This document shows positions 31,516-41,456 of a DNA stretch of 64,000 bases, one piece after another (the first letter of the stretch is position 1; every line of letters starts with the position of its first letter). Under the pieces are notes generated by a model that searched no databases, had not been told where the DNA came from, and worked only from the letters and a program-made list of their open reading frames with translations. Source of the stretch: Polyangiales bacterium (GTDB lineage: Bacteria; Myxococcota_A; Polyangia; Polyangiales; JADJQN01); contig CAXNJO010000002.1 in assembly GCA_964202905.1 (NCBI GenBank), forward strand, positions 64,001 to 128,000. Reading direction: 5' to 3'. A program made the translations under genes and the position numbers.

Positions 31516-32393
31516 TCAGCGCAGCGCGTACTCGACGGGCAGGCGCAGCGCGCGTGTCTGCCAGGCGAGCGCCTCGGGCGGGGCCGGCACGTCGGCGAGC
31601 TCCTCGACGGACGCGAGCGCGGCGGCGTCGAGCGCCGCGTGCCCCGAGCTCTGGTCGACCGCGACGCGCGTGATGTGGCCGCGCGGGTCCACCGTGATCG
31701 AGATCAACACCGTGCCGCCGAGCCCCGCGCGGGCCGCCGAGCGCGGGTAGTTGCGGCTCGCGCGCTCGTGGACGAGGCGCTCGATCCGGGCCTTCCAGGC
31801 GAGCGCGAGCGCCCGGCGATCGACCGCGGGCGCCTGCCCGCCCGGCGCGCTGCCCGCCCCGCCCGGTCCCACGCCCGAACCACCGCGGCCGCCGCCGCCG
31901 AGCGGACCGCTGCGCGCCCAGCGCCGGTGCGCATCGCGCGGCTGCCGCCCGCGTCGCCGGCAACGCGCCGGCCGCGCCGGCCGCATCGGCCACGGGAGGA
32001 GACGATGCAGGCGCCTCGACGGCCGCCGCGGGCGCGGCACTCCGGGGCCGCCGGCGCGCTCGAGGGCGCGGGCGTGACGGCTCCGCGGCGCGGGGCGCGC
32101 GGGCCGCCGGGCGCGGCGCTTCGGCCACGGGCGCGCGCCTGCGGCTCGGCTGAAGAGGCCGGCCTCTCGCGCGGCGGCGGGGCCATCACGACGACCTCGA
32201 ACGACTCGTCCGCCGCGAGGCGCACTGCAGGCGCGCCGCCCGTGCCGCGCAGGACCAGAAAGAGCGCCGCATGCGCGACCGCGGAGACACCGACGAACCA
32301 CGCCCCGCGCGCCGCACGCGCAGCGTCGCGCGCGACCGCCGACGCGGGGCCGGACGCGAAGCGGGCGTTGTCGTTGGTGAAAGTCGTTTTCAA
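31516..32393 (-). CDS. tonB: Energy transducer TonB (two apparent frameshifts)
   Basis: N-terminal TM with SAVAHA (SxxxH), a Pro/Ala linker in a second frame, and C-terminal YPRSAARAGLGGTV...SSGHAALD in a third frame. Confidence 0.72.
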
Positions 32394-32530
32394 GAGCGTG
32401 AGCCGAAGGATGCCCTCGCCGTGCGCTCCGTCAAGGGGATCAACCCCTGGAAATGCCTGCTCCCGTGCGCTCGCGCAGGGGCCGCAGGGGCCGCTTGCCG
32501 ACGAGCCCGATCAACAAGCGCGGCCCGGGC

Positions 32531-34991
32531 TCAGAGCGTGTACGCGAAGCCGATCTGCGCCTGGAACGGCCGCACGGGACGCGCGCCGAACGGGCGCCGC
32601 GAACCGACGGACTCCTGGAGCAGCACGTTCTCGAACCGCAGCGTGAGATCCGCGTGCCGGAACACGCGCACGCGCCCCGTGAGGTCGAGCAGGTACTGCG
32701 CGTCGGTGCGCAGATCCGCGTCGCCCTGCCCCGCCTCCTCGCGCATCGCCGACACGACGCTCAGCGATGCCGCGGCCTGCCACGCGTCCTGCCGCTCGAC
32801 GCCCGCCTGCACGCTGAGCTGGTGCTCGGGGACGTACGGCAGCGCATCCCCGAGCTCGACCGCGCCGAACTGCGGGTTCTCGCTCTCGAAGGCGGTGCGG
32901 AACGACGAGCCCGTGTACGTGTACGCCGCACGCAGCGGCACCTCGACGTGCGCCCCTGCGCGCAGCGTGTGCGAGGCCGCGACCTCCGCGCCCCACACGA
33001 GGACGCGCCCGCCGTTGAACTGCCGATCGACGTCCATGCAGCCCGCGGCGAAGGAGCACTCGCCCGTGAGGTTCGAGTAGTCGTTGAAGAAGCCGATCGC
33101 CTCGAGCAACGAGCCGCGCGCCTCGTCCCGCCAGCGGACGCCGGCCTCGTAGTTGACGCTGTACTCGGGCCGGACTCGCCGCCGGCTGTCCGGGCGCGAC
33201 GGGGCTGAAGCCGCGGTTCACGCCGGCGAGGATCGAGACGTCGGCGCCGAGCGCGTACGACAGGCCGAGCCCCGGCAGCACCGCGACCTGCGTGCTGCGC
33301 GTGAAGGTCCCCGCGAGCCGCTCCCGCTCCGCGCCGTCGATGACCTCGAGCCGCGCGCCGGGCGTGACCCGCAGGCCCTTCCACTCGAGCGCCCAGCCCG
33401 CGTGCACGGCGAGCGCGAGCGCGAAGCGCCGCACGAGCGAGTAGCGCTCGGCCGCGTCGCCCGTCGGCACGAGCCGCCGCGCCTCCATCCAGTACGGCGT
33501 CACGGTCTGGTCGTAGTCGGCCTCGTCGTAGTGCAGCCGCGCGCCGAAGCGCACGTCGTGCGAGACCGACCCCGTGCGCGCCCGCACCCGGCCCAGCGAC
33601 TGCACGCCCTGCGAGACGAAGTCGCGCGCGTTGTTCGCGAGGTAGATGGCCTGCTGGGGGTCGGTGCGATCGGAGTCACTCGCGCCGGTGAGCACGTCGA
33701 ACGAGATGCGCCGCGCGCCGACGGGCGAGCGCAGCACGCCGAGGGTGTCGATGTCGTTCCCGATCCGATCGAAACGCTGCCAGGTGCGCGACATGCCGTG
33801 GCGGTAGCCCGTCGTCGTCAGCTCGAACCGATCCCCGACGAGCAGGCGGTGGACGAGCTGCACCTGCGTCCGGTTCCACGCCATGCGGTCGAGCTGCGTG
33901 GCCGCGTAACGGCGCCAGGAATCGGCGCGGAAATCCGCGTCGGAGAGGCCGAGGTACGTCTCGCTCGAGATCTCGCGCCCGTAGCCGAAGCGCACGTCGA
34001 GGCGCTGCGCGACGCGCGCGTCCTGATCGGTCTGCACGCGTCCGCGCAGCACGAACTCGGTGCGGGAGAAGCCCGTGGGATCGTCGCTCCCGTCGATGCG
34101 CTTGAAGCCCTCGCTCTGCACGTGCGCGAGCTCCGCGAGGAAACCGCCCCACGCGTTGCTCGCGCCGTAGTGCAGGTGCGCGCGGCCGTATCCGAACGTG
34201 CCCCCCGTCAGCTCGAGCGCACCCGCCGGCGCGTCGGGGATGTCGCGCGAGGTCAGGTCGAGCGCACCGCCGACGGTGTTCGGGCCGTAGAGCACGGCCG
34301 CCGGGCCCTTGAAGACCTCGACGCCGGTCATGCGCATCATCAGCGGGAAGTAGTAGGCCGCGGGCGCGCTGTACGGCGCAGGACCGAAGAGCACACCATC
34401 TTCCATGAGGGTGATTTTTTTCGAACGCTCGGCGCTGCCGCCGCGGATGCCGATGTTGGGACGCAGCCCGAAGCCGTCCTCCGTGCGCACGTAGACGCCC
34501 GGTGCCTGCGTGACGACCGTCGTCGGGTCGTCGTAACCGAAGCGGCGGAGCTGCCGCTCGTCGAGGCGCGTGACGGCGCCGCTCGTGCGGAAGCGGTCTT
34601 CGTCGTCGTACTCGATCCGCAGCCCGCGCAGCGCGAGGTCGTCGTCCGCGAGCGACGCGTCGCCCGGTGCCGGTGGCGTGGTCGCGGCGTCCTCCCCGGC
34701 CGCGCCGCCCGCGGGCGACGCGCCCCCACCGAGCAACGAACGACCGTCGTCGAAGATGTCGCCGAGGCCCTCGCCGCCGCCGGCGTCGGGCTCCGCCTCG
34801 ACCGTGCCTTCGGCGGGAGGCGCGGCCTCCGTCCCGGGTACGCCTGCGTCCGCCGGTGCGACGACCCCCGCGTCCTGCGCGCGGGCGCCGCGCGGCGCGG
34901 CGAGCAGACCGGCGAGCGCACCAACGAGCGCGAGCGCGAGGGGACGCGCGGGCCGCGGACATGAACGATCATTCAGCGACGGCGCGGTCAT
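32531..34991 (-). CDS. TonB-dependent receptor, FecA-like (+1 frameshift at about 33175)
   Basis: Signal peptide, plug EDGFGLRPNIGIRG, EVFKGP..YGP..VGG, and a C-terminal beta-strand IGFAYTL. Confidence 0.88.
34961..34976. promoter_or_regulatory. Palindrome ATGAAC-GATC-ATTCAG (copy 3 of 5), inside the receptor 5' end
   Basis: Coincides with the rare A/T-ending codons AAT GAT CGT TCA TGT on the coding strand. Confidence 0.55.
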
Positions 34992-36488
34992 TCGCGTTCT
35001 CCGAGGGCGACGGGGATGGACGTCAGGGTGGACGGGGGCGCCGCGCGCAGGCCGCGCGGACGCCGGAGCCGGATGGGGGGATCGGGCGGCGCCGGGAGGA
35101 TCCACGACGCGGGCGCGAGGGAGTCCTCGACGCGCGTGAGATCGACGTCCGGGTCGATGAGGCGCGCCGCGGCACGGCCGTTGAGCGACGCGAGCGCATC
35201 CGCCCGCACCTCGACGTCACGGTGCCCCGCCGCGCGCAGCTCGGTCGCGACGTGGTGCGCGAGCTGCAAGACGAGGTCGGGCTGCGTGCCCATCTCGCGC
35301 TCCTGCGCGCTCGTCAGGTACCGCCGCGGCGACACGATGCGCTCGCGCGCGTCGCCGTCCATGCGCACGCGGAACGACACGCTGCCGTTCTTCTCGCGCA
35401 CCATCACGCGCCACGACCAGCGCATGCCCTGCTCGTGCCAGAGCACGTCGCCGCCGTAGAGCGTGCTCCGCAGCGGCAGCGCGACCTGCACAACGCAGTA
35501 CGCCGCGAGCAGCCCCTGCGCCGCCGCGCGCAGCGCCGGATGCGCGAGCGGCGACACCCCGGGGCCGCGCACGTCGAAGGCGTCGAGCGCGCGCGGCGCG
35601 AGGCGCTGCAACCACCGGCGGGGCCACGAGGGCTCGAAGAACACGCTCGCGGCGACGACCATGATCAGCGGGAACATCCCTATCTGGAAGAGCACGCCGA
35701 CCGCTCCGTGGAAGAGCAGCGCCGCGAGGTACGCGAGGCCGCGCGTGCGACGGATCGAGAGCCACAGCGGCAGCGTGAGGTCGTAGAAAAAGCCGCCCCA
35801 GCTCATCGCGAGCGCGACGGCCGGCACGTCGAGCCACGCCCCCACGAGCGGCAGATCCGTGCGCGCCGCGAGCCAGATGCCGAGCGGCTGGCCGTGGATC
35901 AACCAGTCGGGCTGGAGCTTCGCGAGTCCCGCGCCGACGTAGACGACGCCGACCTGGAAGCGCAGCAGCCACAGCATCCACCGTGGGAACGACGCGACGC
36001 GCAGCGCGGGCCGCAGCCCGCGCATCGAGCGAGCCCGCGCGGTGCAGCGGCAGCACGGTGAGCAGCAACGCGAGCAGGCTGACGAGGTAGTAGTGGTTGA
36101 GGTAGTTCGTGACGTCGACGAGCTCGAGATACGTAAAAAGCAGGAAATACAGCGGCGCGGCGAGCCGGTACGCGAAGCCCAGCGCGACGCAGGCAGCGAG
36201 CACGGCGAGCACGACGAAGGCCGTCGTCGTCCACGGCTCGGGCAGCGCCTGCACCCAGCCGAACCCGAAGTAGCGGAAATGGAAGGTCGGCTCGACGTAC
36301 ATGCGCGCGACCCAGCCGCTCGCGAGAAAGCGCACCGCCGCGACGACCCCGAGTACGCCGAACATCACGCGGAAGGCGACGAGCGACGCCGGATCGATCG
36401 GCGTCGCGGCGTGCGTCGCGAGCGCGCGCCACCGCGCGCCCCACGGGCCCGTCGTCTCGCTGCGCGGCGCTCCGACGCTCGTCCGCAT
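34988..36488 (-). CDS. HTTM/vitamin K-dependent gamma-carboxylase-like membrane protein (+1 frameshift at about 36018)
   Basis: LVAFRVMFG, YLNHYYL, VYVGAGLAKLQPDW, FH...LFQIGMFP, WHEQGMRWSWRVMVREK and SLNGR. Confidence 0.88.
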
Positions 36489-36500
36489 CGCGACCGCGCG

Positions 36501-37727
36501 TCAGTCGTTGTCGGCGTCGAGCCGGTTCGGCAGCTCGAGGTCGAGCACCGTGAGGAACTGCGTCTTCTGCGCGTCCGTGAGCGCCTTGACCGCGTCGTAC
36601 GCCGCGACGAAGGCCGCCTGCCCCGCCGCGTTGCCGGGCGCGAGCGCCTCGTCGAAGGTGCCCGGCACCGCGTCGACGGCCGCGAGCGCCGCGGCGAGCG
36701 CGGCGCGCATCGTGGCCGCGAGCGCGCCCGCGCCCACCTCGACGAGGAGATCGTCGAAGCCGTACGCCTCCGTGCCGGCCGGCGCGCCGAGGAAGAGCGC
36801 CTCGAAGCCGCGCAAGTTCGCGCGCACGCTCTCCTTCGACGCGTGCGCGACAGGCGCCTCGAGGAGCTCGGGACACGTCATCGCGACGCAGTCCGTCGAG
36901 AGCCCGCCCGGCGCCGCGAGCTTCATGTCCTTCACGGCCTCCTCGAGGTAGAGCATCGCGTCGGACACCGCGTTGAGCCCCGCCTGACTCGAGGAGAAGA
37001 GCGCACTCGTCGTGCCCGCGCTCGAGAGCTGCGTGACGAAGCCGCCCTGCGACGGCTCCCACGCGGCGACGAGCGCATCGGCCGCTTCACGGACGAGCCG
37101 CGCAGCCTCACGCGCATACGCCGCGCGCCGCGACGCGACCTCCGCGTCCCCGAGCGCCGCCCAGCTGCCATCCGTATTGAGGGTGCTGAGCGGCGCGCAC
37201 GCGTTGCCAGCATCGGCGCGGAAGAGCAGATATTCGAGCGCGCCGAGGCCACGCGCGTTGACCGCCTCGGCCGCGAGCGCGCCGGGCGTCTCCCACACGC
37301 GCGCGACCGTCTCCTGGTCGACGCGGCACCGGTTCACGAGCGGCCACGCGTAGATCTCGTCGCGCAGGTCCAGGCCGCCCGCGACGCTGAGGTTCATCCC
37401 CGCGGGCCCGAGGCTGTGCAGCTCCGCGCGCTGCCAGACCTCGTTCGCGGCGCGCCAGGCCGCCTGCGCCGCGGCGCGCTCCGCCTCGCTACCGCTGCCC
37501 GCCCACTGCGCGCTCGCTGCCTCGAGCGCCGCGGCACGCGCCGCGAACTCGCGGTAATTCGGGAGCATGACGCGCTCGGCGAGGCCCGCGACGAGCATGC
37601 GCCGGGCTGGGTCGTCGACGGGCGCCGGAGCCGCCGAATCACACCCTGCAATCTGCACGATCGACCATGAAAACAGGCCGATCCGCGAGATCATCCGCGC
37701 GCTGCGCCAGTTCATCGCGGCGGCCAT
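36501..37727 (-). CDS. Imelysin family lipoprotein
   Basis: Lipobox IAG-C, AQAAWRAA...WQ, IYAWP, RGLGALEYLLF, KDMKLAAP and C-terminal DADND. Confidence 0.85.
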   Translation of the reverse strand: MAAAMNWRSARMISRIGLFSWSIVQIAGCDSAAPAPVDDPARRMLVAGLAERVMLPNYREFAARAAALEAASAQWAGSGSEAERAAAQAAWRAANEVWQRAELHSLGPAGMNLSVAGGLDLRDEIYAWPLVNRCRVDQETVARVWETPGALAAEAVNARGLGALEYLLFRADAGNACAPLSTLNTDGSWAALGDAEVASRRAAYAREAARLVREAADALVAAWEPSQGGFVTQLSSAGTTSALFSSSQAGLNAVSDAMLYLEEAVKDMKLAAPGGLSTDCVAMTCPELLEAPVAHASKESVRANLRGFEALFLGAPAGTEAYGFDDLLVEVGAGALAATMRAALAAALAAVDAVPGTFDEALAPGNAAGQAAFVAAYDAVKALTDAQKTQFLTVLDLELPNRLDADND

Positions 37728-39237
37728 CACCAGCCTCCCGTGCCGTCGTCCGCGCCGAGATTCGCGGCGTCGAAGCCATACGCCGCGCCGAGCAGCGCGC
37801 GCGCCTCGAGGAGCTTCGTGCGATACCCGTCCCGCTCGGCGGGTGTCGCCGTCGCGAGCACGGGCGCGTCGCCGAGCAGCGTGTGCAGCTGTGCGAAGCG
37901 CGCACCGTCGAGCGGCGAGCGTGGATTGAACTGAAAGCCGAGTGCGAGGCCCTTCAGCTCCGACCAGTGCGCCGCGTGATCCGCGAAGACGTACTCCGGC
38001 GCATCGAATCGTCGCATGTCGACGAGCACCTCGTTCAGATAGTGGACGGCGCTCGCCGCGAGCGCGCGCTCCCACGCACCGACGATGCGGTCCCGCTCGA
38101 CGACGAGCGCGGCGAACTCCTCGTCCGTGAGCGTCTCGCCTGCGGCCGCGATGAGCGCGCGCCCGCGCTTGAAGGCGTCGAAGGCCTCGCCCGAGAAGTC
38201 CGTGCGCGCCGCCGTCACGCTGCCGTGATCGCGCTTGCCGGCGTACACCGCGGCGCCGCAGTTCGCCTCGCGCGTGAGGTCGATGCGCCCGTCGCCGTCC
38301 GTGTCGTGGTAGCCGGACGCATACCCCGCGCGGCCGCCCTCGCCGCCGAGTTCCTCGGCGCTGTAGTCGCCGAGGTCGTGCGCGCCGCCCCAGTAGCCGA
38401 AGCCCTCGTCCCACGCGTGCTCGAGCACCGTGTACGGCGCGTCGCCGTCGCGCGTGTTGGGTGAACGAAGCCCCTTCCCTGCGACGTCCGAGTCGAGGTA
38501 GTCGTCCGCGCCCTGCGAGAACGACACCGCGCCGAGCAACAGCTTCTGCACGAGCTCCTCGAGGTCGAGCCCGCTCTCGGTGAGGTGCGCCGGGAGCGGC
38601 GCGCCGCTCGGATCCGCAGCCGCGACGCGCTCCATGCCGTTCGCCTGCTCGACCGCCTGCGCCGCGAGCGTCGCGAAGAACGCGGTGAGCAGCCCCTCGG
38701 GGCTCGTCGTTGCGCCACCGGGCGCCGCGATCGCGGGGTCCGACCAGCCACGGAAGGCCGTGGACCAATCGACGTGATCCGTGACCGTGTCGTTGCCGGC
38801 GAGTTTGTCGCGCAGCGGCTTGTTCGGCGCGAGGTCGTTCCACGTCTCCTGGAGCGCGGGCGGCGTCGTCGCGAGCGCGAAGCGGTCGTCGCCGTTCGAG
38901 GCGCCGTCGAAGCGGTAGTAGTAGTCGAGCGTTGCGAGCACTTCGGCCTCGGTGCCCGGCGTGAAGGTGCCCGCGTCGATGCGCGCGGAGATCCCGCCGA
39001 TGAACGCGCGCGAGGTCGGCAATGAGCACCTGCCGCGCGGCCTGGCCCGCGTAATCGACGCTGCTCCGCGTCGGGCGCGAAGCGGCTCTCGAACGCGTAG
39101 CGCGTGGGCACCGTGGGCGGCCCGGCGTCCGGCGTGACCGGCGGCGCATCGCCCTCGCCGCACGCCCCGAGCACGAGCGCGCATCCGGTGAAGAAGACCA
39201 CCGGGCGAGCCATCGCGAACCGACGATGTGACTGCAT
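37727..39237 (-). CDS. DUF4856-like acidic lipoprotein (two +1 frameshifts at about 39067 and 39010)
   Basis: Lipobox LGA-C, PTRYAFESR, SSVDYAGQAAR, QKLLLGAV and YTVLEHAWDEGFGYWG. The start codon is uncertain (39237 or 39213). Confidence 0.75.
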
Positions 39238-39283
39238 GCCGCCTCTCCCGGCTCCTTCCATGGGAGCCCGTCCACTATCGTTC

Positions 39284-39300
39284 CTGAAAATCATTTTCAG
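39284..39300. promoter_or_regulatory. Fur box-like operator
   Basis: Perfect 8-1-8 palindrome CTGAAAAT-C-ATTTTCAG, close to the Fur 7-1-7 consensus TGATAAT-N-ATTATCA, about 45 bp upstream of the uptake operon. Confidence 0.8.
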
Positions 39301-39440
39301 TAAGGGCCCTCGGAGAATTAGCGGGCGCCCCGCGGGGTGTCAAGCGCGCGCCCGCGCACGGCGCCGCTGCATGCGCCAGCGTCGTCGACGCAGTGCGTCG
39401 AAACCCATGCGAACATGGGCTCCGCGCGCTCCGCGCGGTG

Positions 39441-39468
39441 TTGCCGCCTCGGAATGCGGGCGTATGAT
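39441..39468 (+). promoter_or_regulatory. Sigma70-like promoter for pckG
   Basis: TTGCCG-16 nt-TATGAT, about 60 bp upstream of the ATG. Confidence 0.5.
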
Positions 39469-39529
39469 CGCGCCCACGAGCGCCCCCGGTAAGGTCCGCG
39501 CGCGGCGCTCTCCGAGGAAGGATCCCCGC

Positions 39530-41341
39530 ATGACGACGGCTCCCACGACCGCTCCCTCCCCTGCGCCTGCGACGAGCAACCAAGCCCTGCTCGACTGGGT
39601 GAGCACCACGGCGAAGCTCACGAAGCCCGACCACATCGTGTGGTGCGACGGCTCGGAGGAAGAGCGCCGCCGCCTCACGGAGCTCGCGGTGTCGACGGGG
39701 GTGCTGCGGCCCCTCGACCCGAAGAAGCGCCCCGGCTGCTTCCTCAGCTATTCGAACCCGAACGACGTCGCGCGCGTCGAGCACCTCACCTTCATTTGCA
39801 CGCCGACCAAGGCCGAGGCCGGCCCGACCAACAACTGGATGGCGCCCGCGGACGCCTACGCGAAGCTGACGCCCCTCTTCGACGGCGCGATGAAGGGCCG
39901 CACGATGTACGTGGTCCCCTACGTGATGGGGCCGCTCGGCTCGCCGTTCTCGAAGGTCGGCGTCGAGATCACCGACAGCGTCTACGTCGCGTTGAACATG
40001 CGGATCATGACCCGCATGGGCCGCGCCGCGCTCGACATGCTCGGCGAGTCCAACGACTTCAACCGCGGCCTGCACTCGACGCTCGACCTCGATCCGGAGA
40101 AGCGCTTCATCTGCCACTTCCCCGAGGACAACACGATCTGGAGCGTCGGCTCGGGCTACGGCGGGAACGTGCTGCTCGGCAAGAAGTGCCTCGCGCTCCG
40201 CATCGGCAGCTACCTCGGCAAGAAGGAGGGCTGGCTCGCCGAGCACATGCTGATCCTCGGCGTCGAGTCGCCCGAGGGCCAGGTCAGCTACGTCGCCGCC
40301 GCCTTCCCGAGCGCGTGCGGCAAGACGAACTTCGCGATGATGATCCCGCCGCGCCGCTTCGAGGGTTGGAAGATCTGGACGGTCGGCGACGACATCGCGT
40401 GGATGCGCGTCGGCGAGGACGGCCGCCTCTGGGCCGTGAACCCCGAGCACGGCTACTTCGGCGTCGCGCCAGGGACGAGCATGTCCTCCAACGCGAACGC
40501 CATGAAGACGGTCGCGAAGGACACGCTCTTCACGAACGTCGCGCTCACGAGGGACAACGACGTGTGGTGGGAGGGCGTCGACGGCGAGGTCCCCGACGAG
40601 CTCATCGACTGGAAAGGCCAGCCCTGGAAGAAGGGCTCGACCGAGAAGGCCGCGCACCCGAACTCGCGCTTCACATCCCCCATCACCAACAACCCGATGC
40701 TCTCGCGCGAGTGGGACAACCCCGCCGGCGTGCCGATCAGCGCGATCATCTTCGGCGGCCGCCGCGAGGGCACCGTGCCGCTCGTGCTGCAGAGCTTCAA
40801 CTGGGTGCACGGCGTCTACCTCGGCGCGACGCTCGGCTCGGAGACGACCGCGGCCGCGACGGGCAAAGTCGGCGTGCTCCGCCGCGACCCGATGGCGATG
40901 TTGCCGTTCTGTGGCTACGACATGGGCACGTACTTCGGCCACTGGCTCGCGATGCGGCACCGCATCCAGAACCCGCCGAAGATCTTCCTCGTCAACTGGT
41001 TCCGCAAGGACGAAGACGGCAAGTTCGTCTGGCCGGGCTTCGGCGAGAACATGCGCGTCCTCAAGTGGATCGTCGACCGCGCGCGCGTGCGCATCGGCGG
41101 ACTCGAGACGCCGGTCGGCTGGATCCCGCGGCAGGGCGACGTCGACCTCTCCGGGCTCGACATCTCCGCGGAGCGCTTCGAGCTCGCGACGCGCGTCTCG
41201 CCGAAGGAGTGGATGGCCGAGCTCGACAACCACGGCGCGTGGTTCGACTCGCTCGGGCCCACCGTGCCCGACGCGCTCCGCAAGCAGCGCGAGTTGTTGA
41301 TGGCGGCGATGGCGACGCACCCGGACGTCGCGGGCGCCTGA
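39530..41341 (+). CDS. pckG: Phosphoenolpyruvate carboxykinase (GTP)
   Basis: DVARVE, GSGYGGN, LLGKKC, WLAEHM, FPSACGKTN, VGDDIAW, AHPNSRF and DPMAMLPF. Confidence 0.97.
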   Translation: MTTAPTTAPSPAPATSNQALLDWVSTTAKLTKPDHIVWCDGSEEERRRLTELAVSTGVLRPLDPKKRPGCFLSYSNPNDVARVEHLTFICTPTKAEAGPTNNWMAPADAYAKLTPLFDGAMKGRTMYVVPYVMGPLGSPFSKVGVEITDSVYVALNMRIMTRMGRAALDMLGESNDFNRGLHSTLDLDPEKRFICHFPEDNTIWSVGSGYGGNVLLGKKCLALRIGSYLGKKEGWLAEHMLILGVESPEGQVSYVAAAFPSACGKTNFAMMIPPRRFEGWKIWTVGDDIAWMRVGEDGRLWAVNPEHGYFGVAPGTSMSSNANAMKTVAKDTLFTNVALTRDNDVWWEGVDGEVPDELIDWKGQPWKKGSTEKAAHPNSRFTSPITNNPMLSREWDNPAGVPISAIIFGGRREGTVPLVLQSFNWVHGVYLGATLGSETTAAATGKVGVLRRDPMAMLPFCGYDMGTYFGHWLAMRHRIQNPPKIFLVNWFRKDEDGKFVWPGFGENMRVLKWIVDRARVRIGGLETPVGWIPRQGDVDLSGLDISAERFELATRVSPKEWMAELDNHGAWFDSLGPTVPDALRKQRELLMAAMATHPDVAGA

Positions 41342-41456
41342 TCGACGGGCCCCCTCGGCGCGGCCGGGGGGGCAACATCCGCGCGCGGACCGCGAGCGCC
41401 GGCGCGGGACGGGCCTGCGGCGGCCCGTCTCCTCGCCCCGGCTGCGGGGGGAGCCC

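Noticed and set aside
32394..32530. Riboswitch or sRNA upstream of tonB
   Set aside because: Only a short AGGGG/CCCCT stem and a weak promoter-like TTGACG are present; no recognisable aptamer.
36501..39275. 924-aa DUF4856-imelysin fusion ORF
   Set aside because: DUF4856 is mostly in another frame with its own stop at 37727, and imelysin has its own lipobox.
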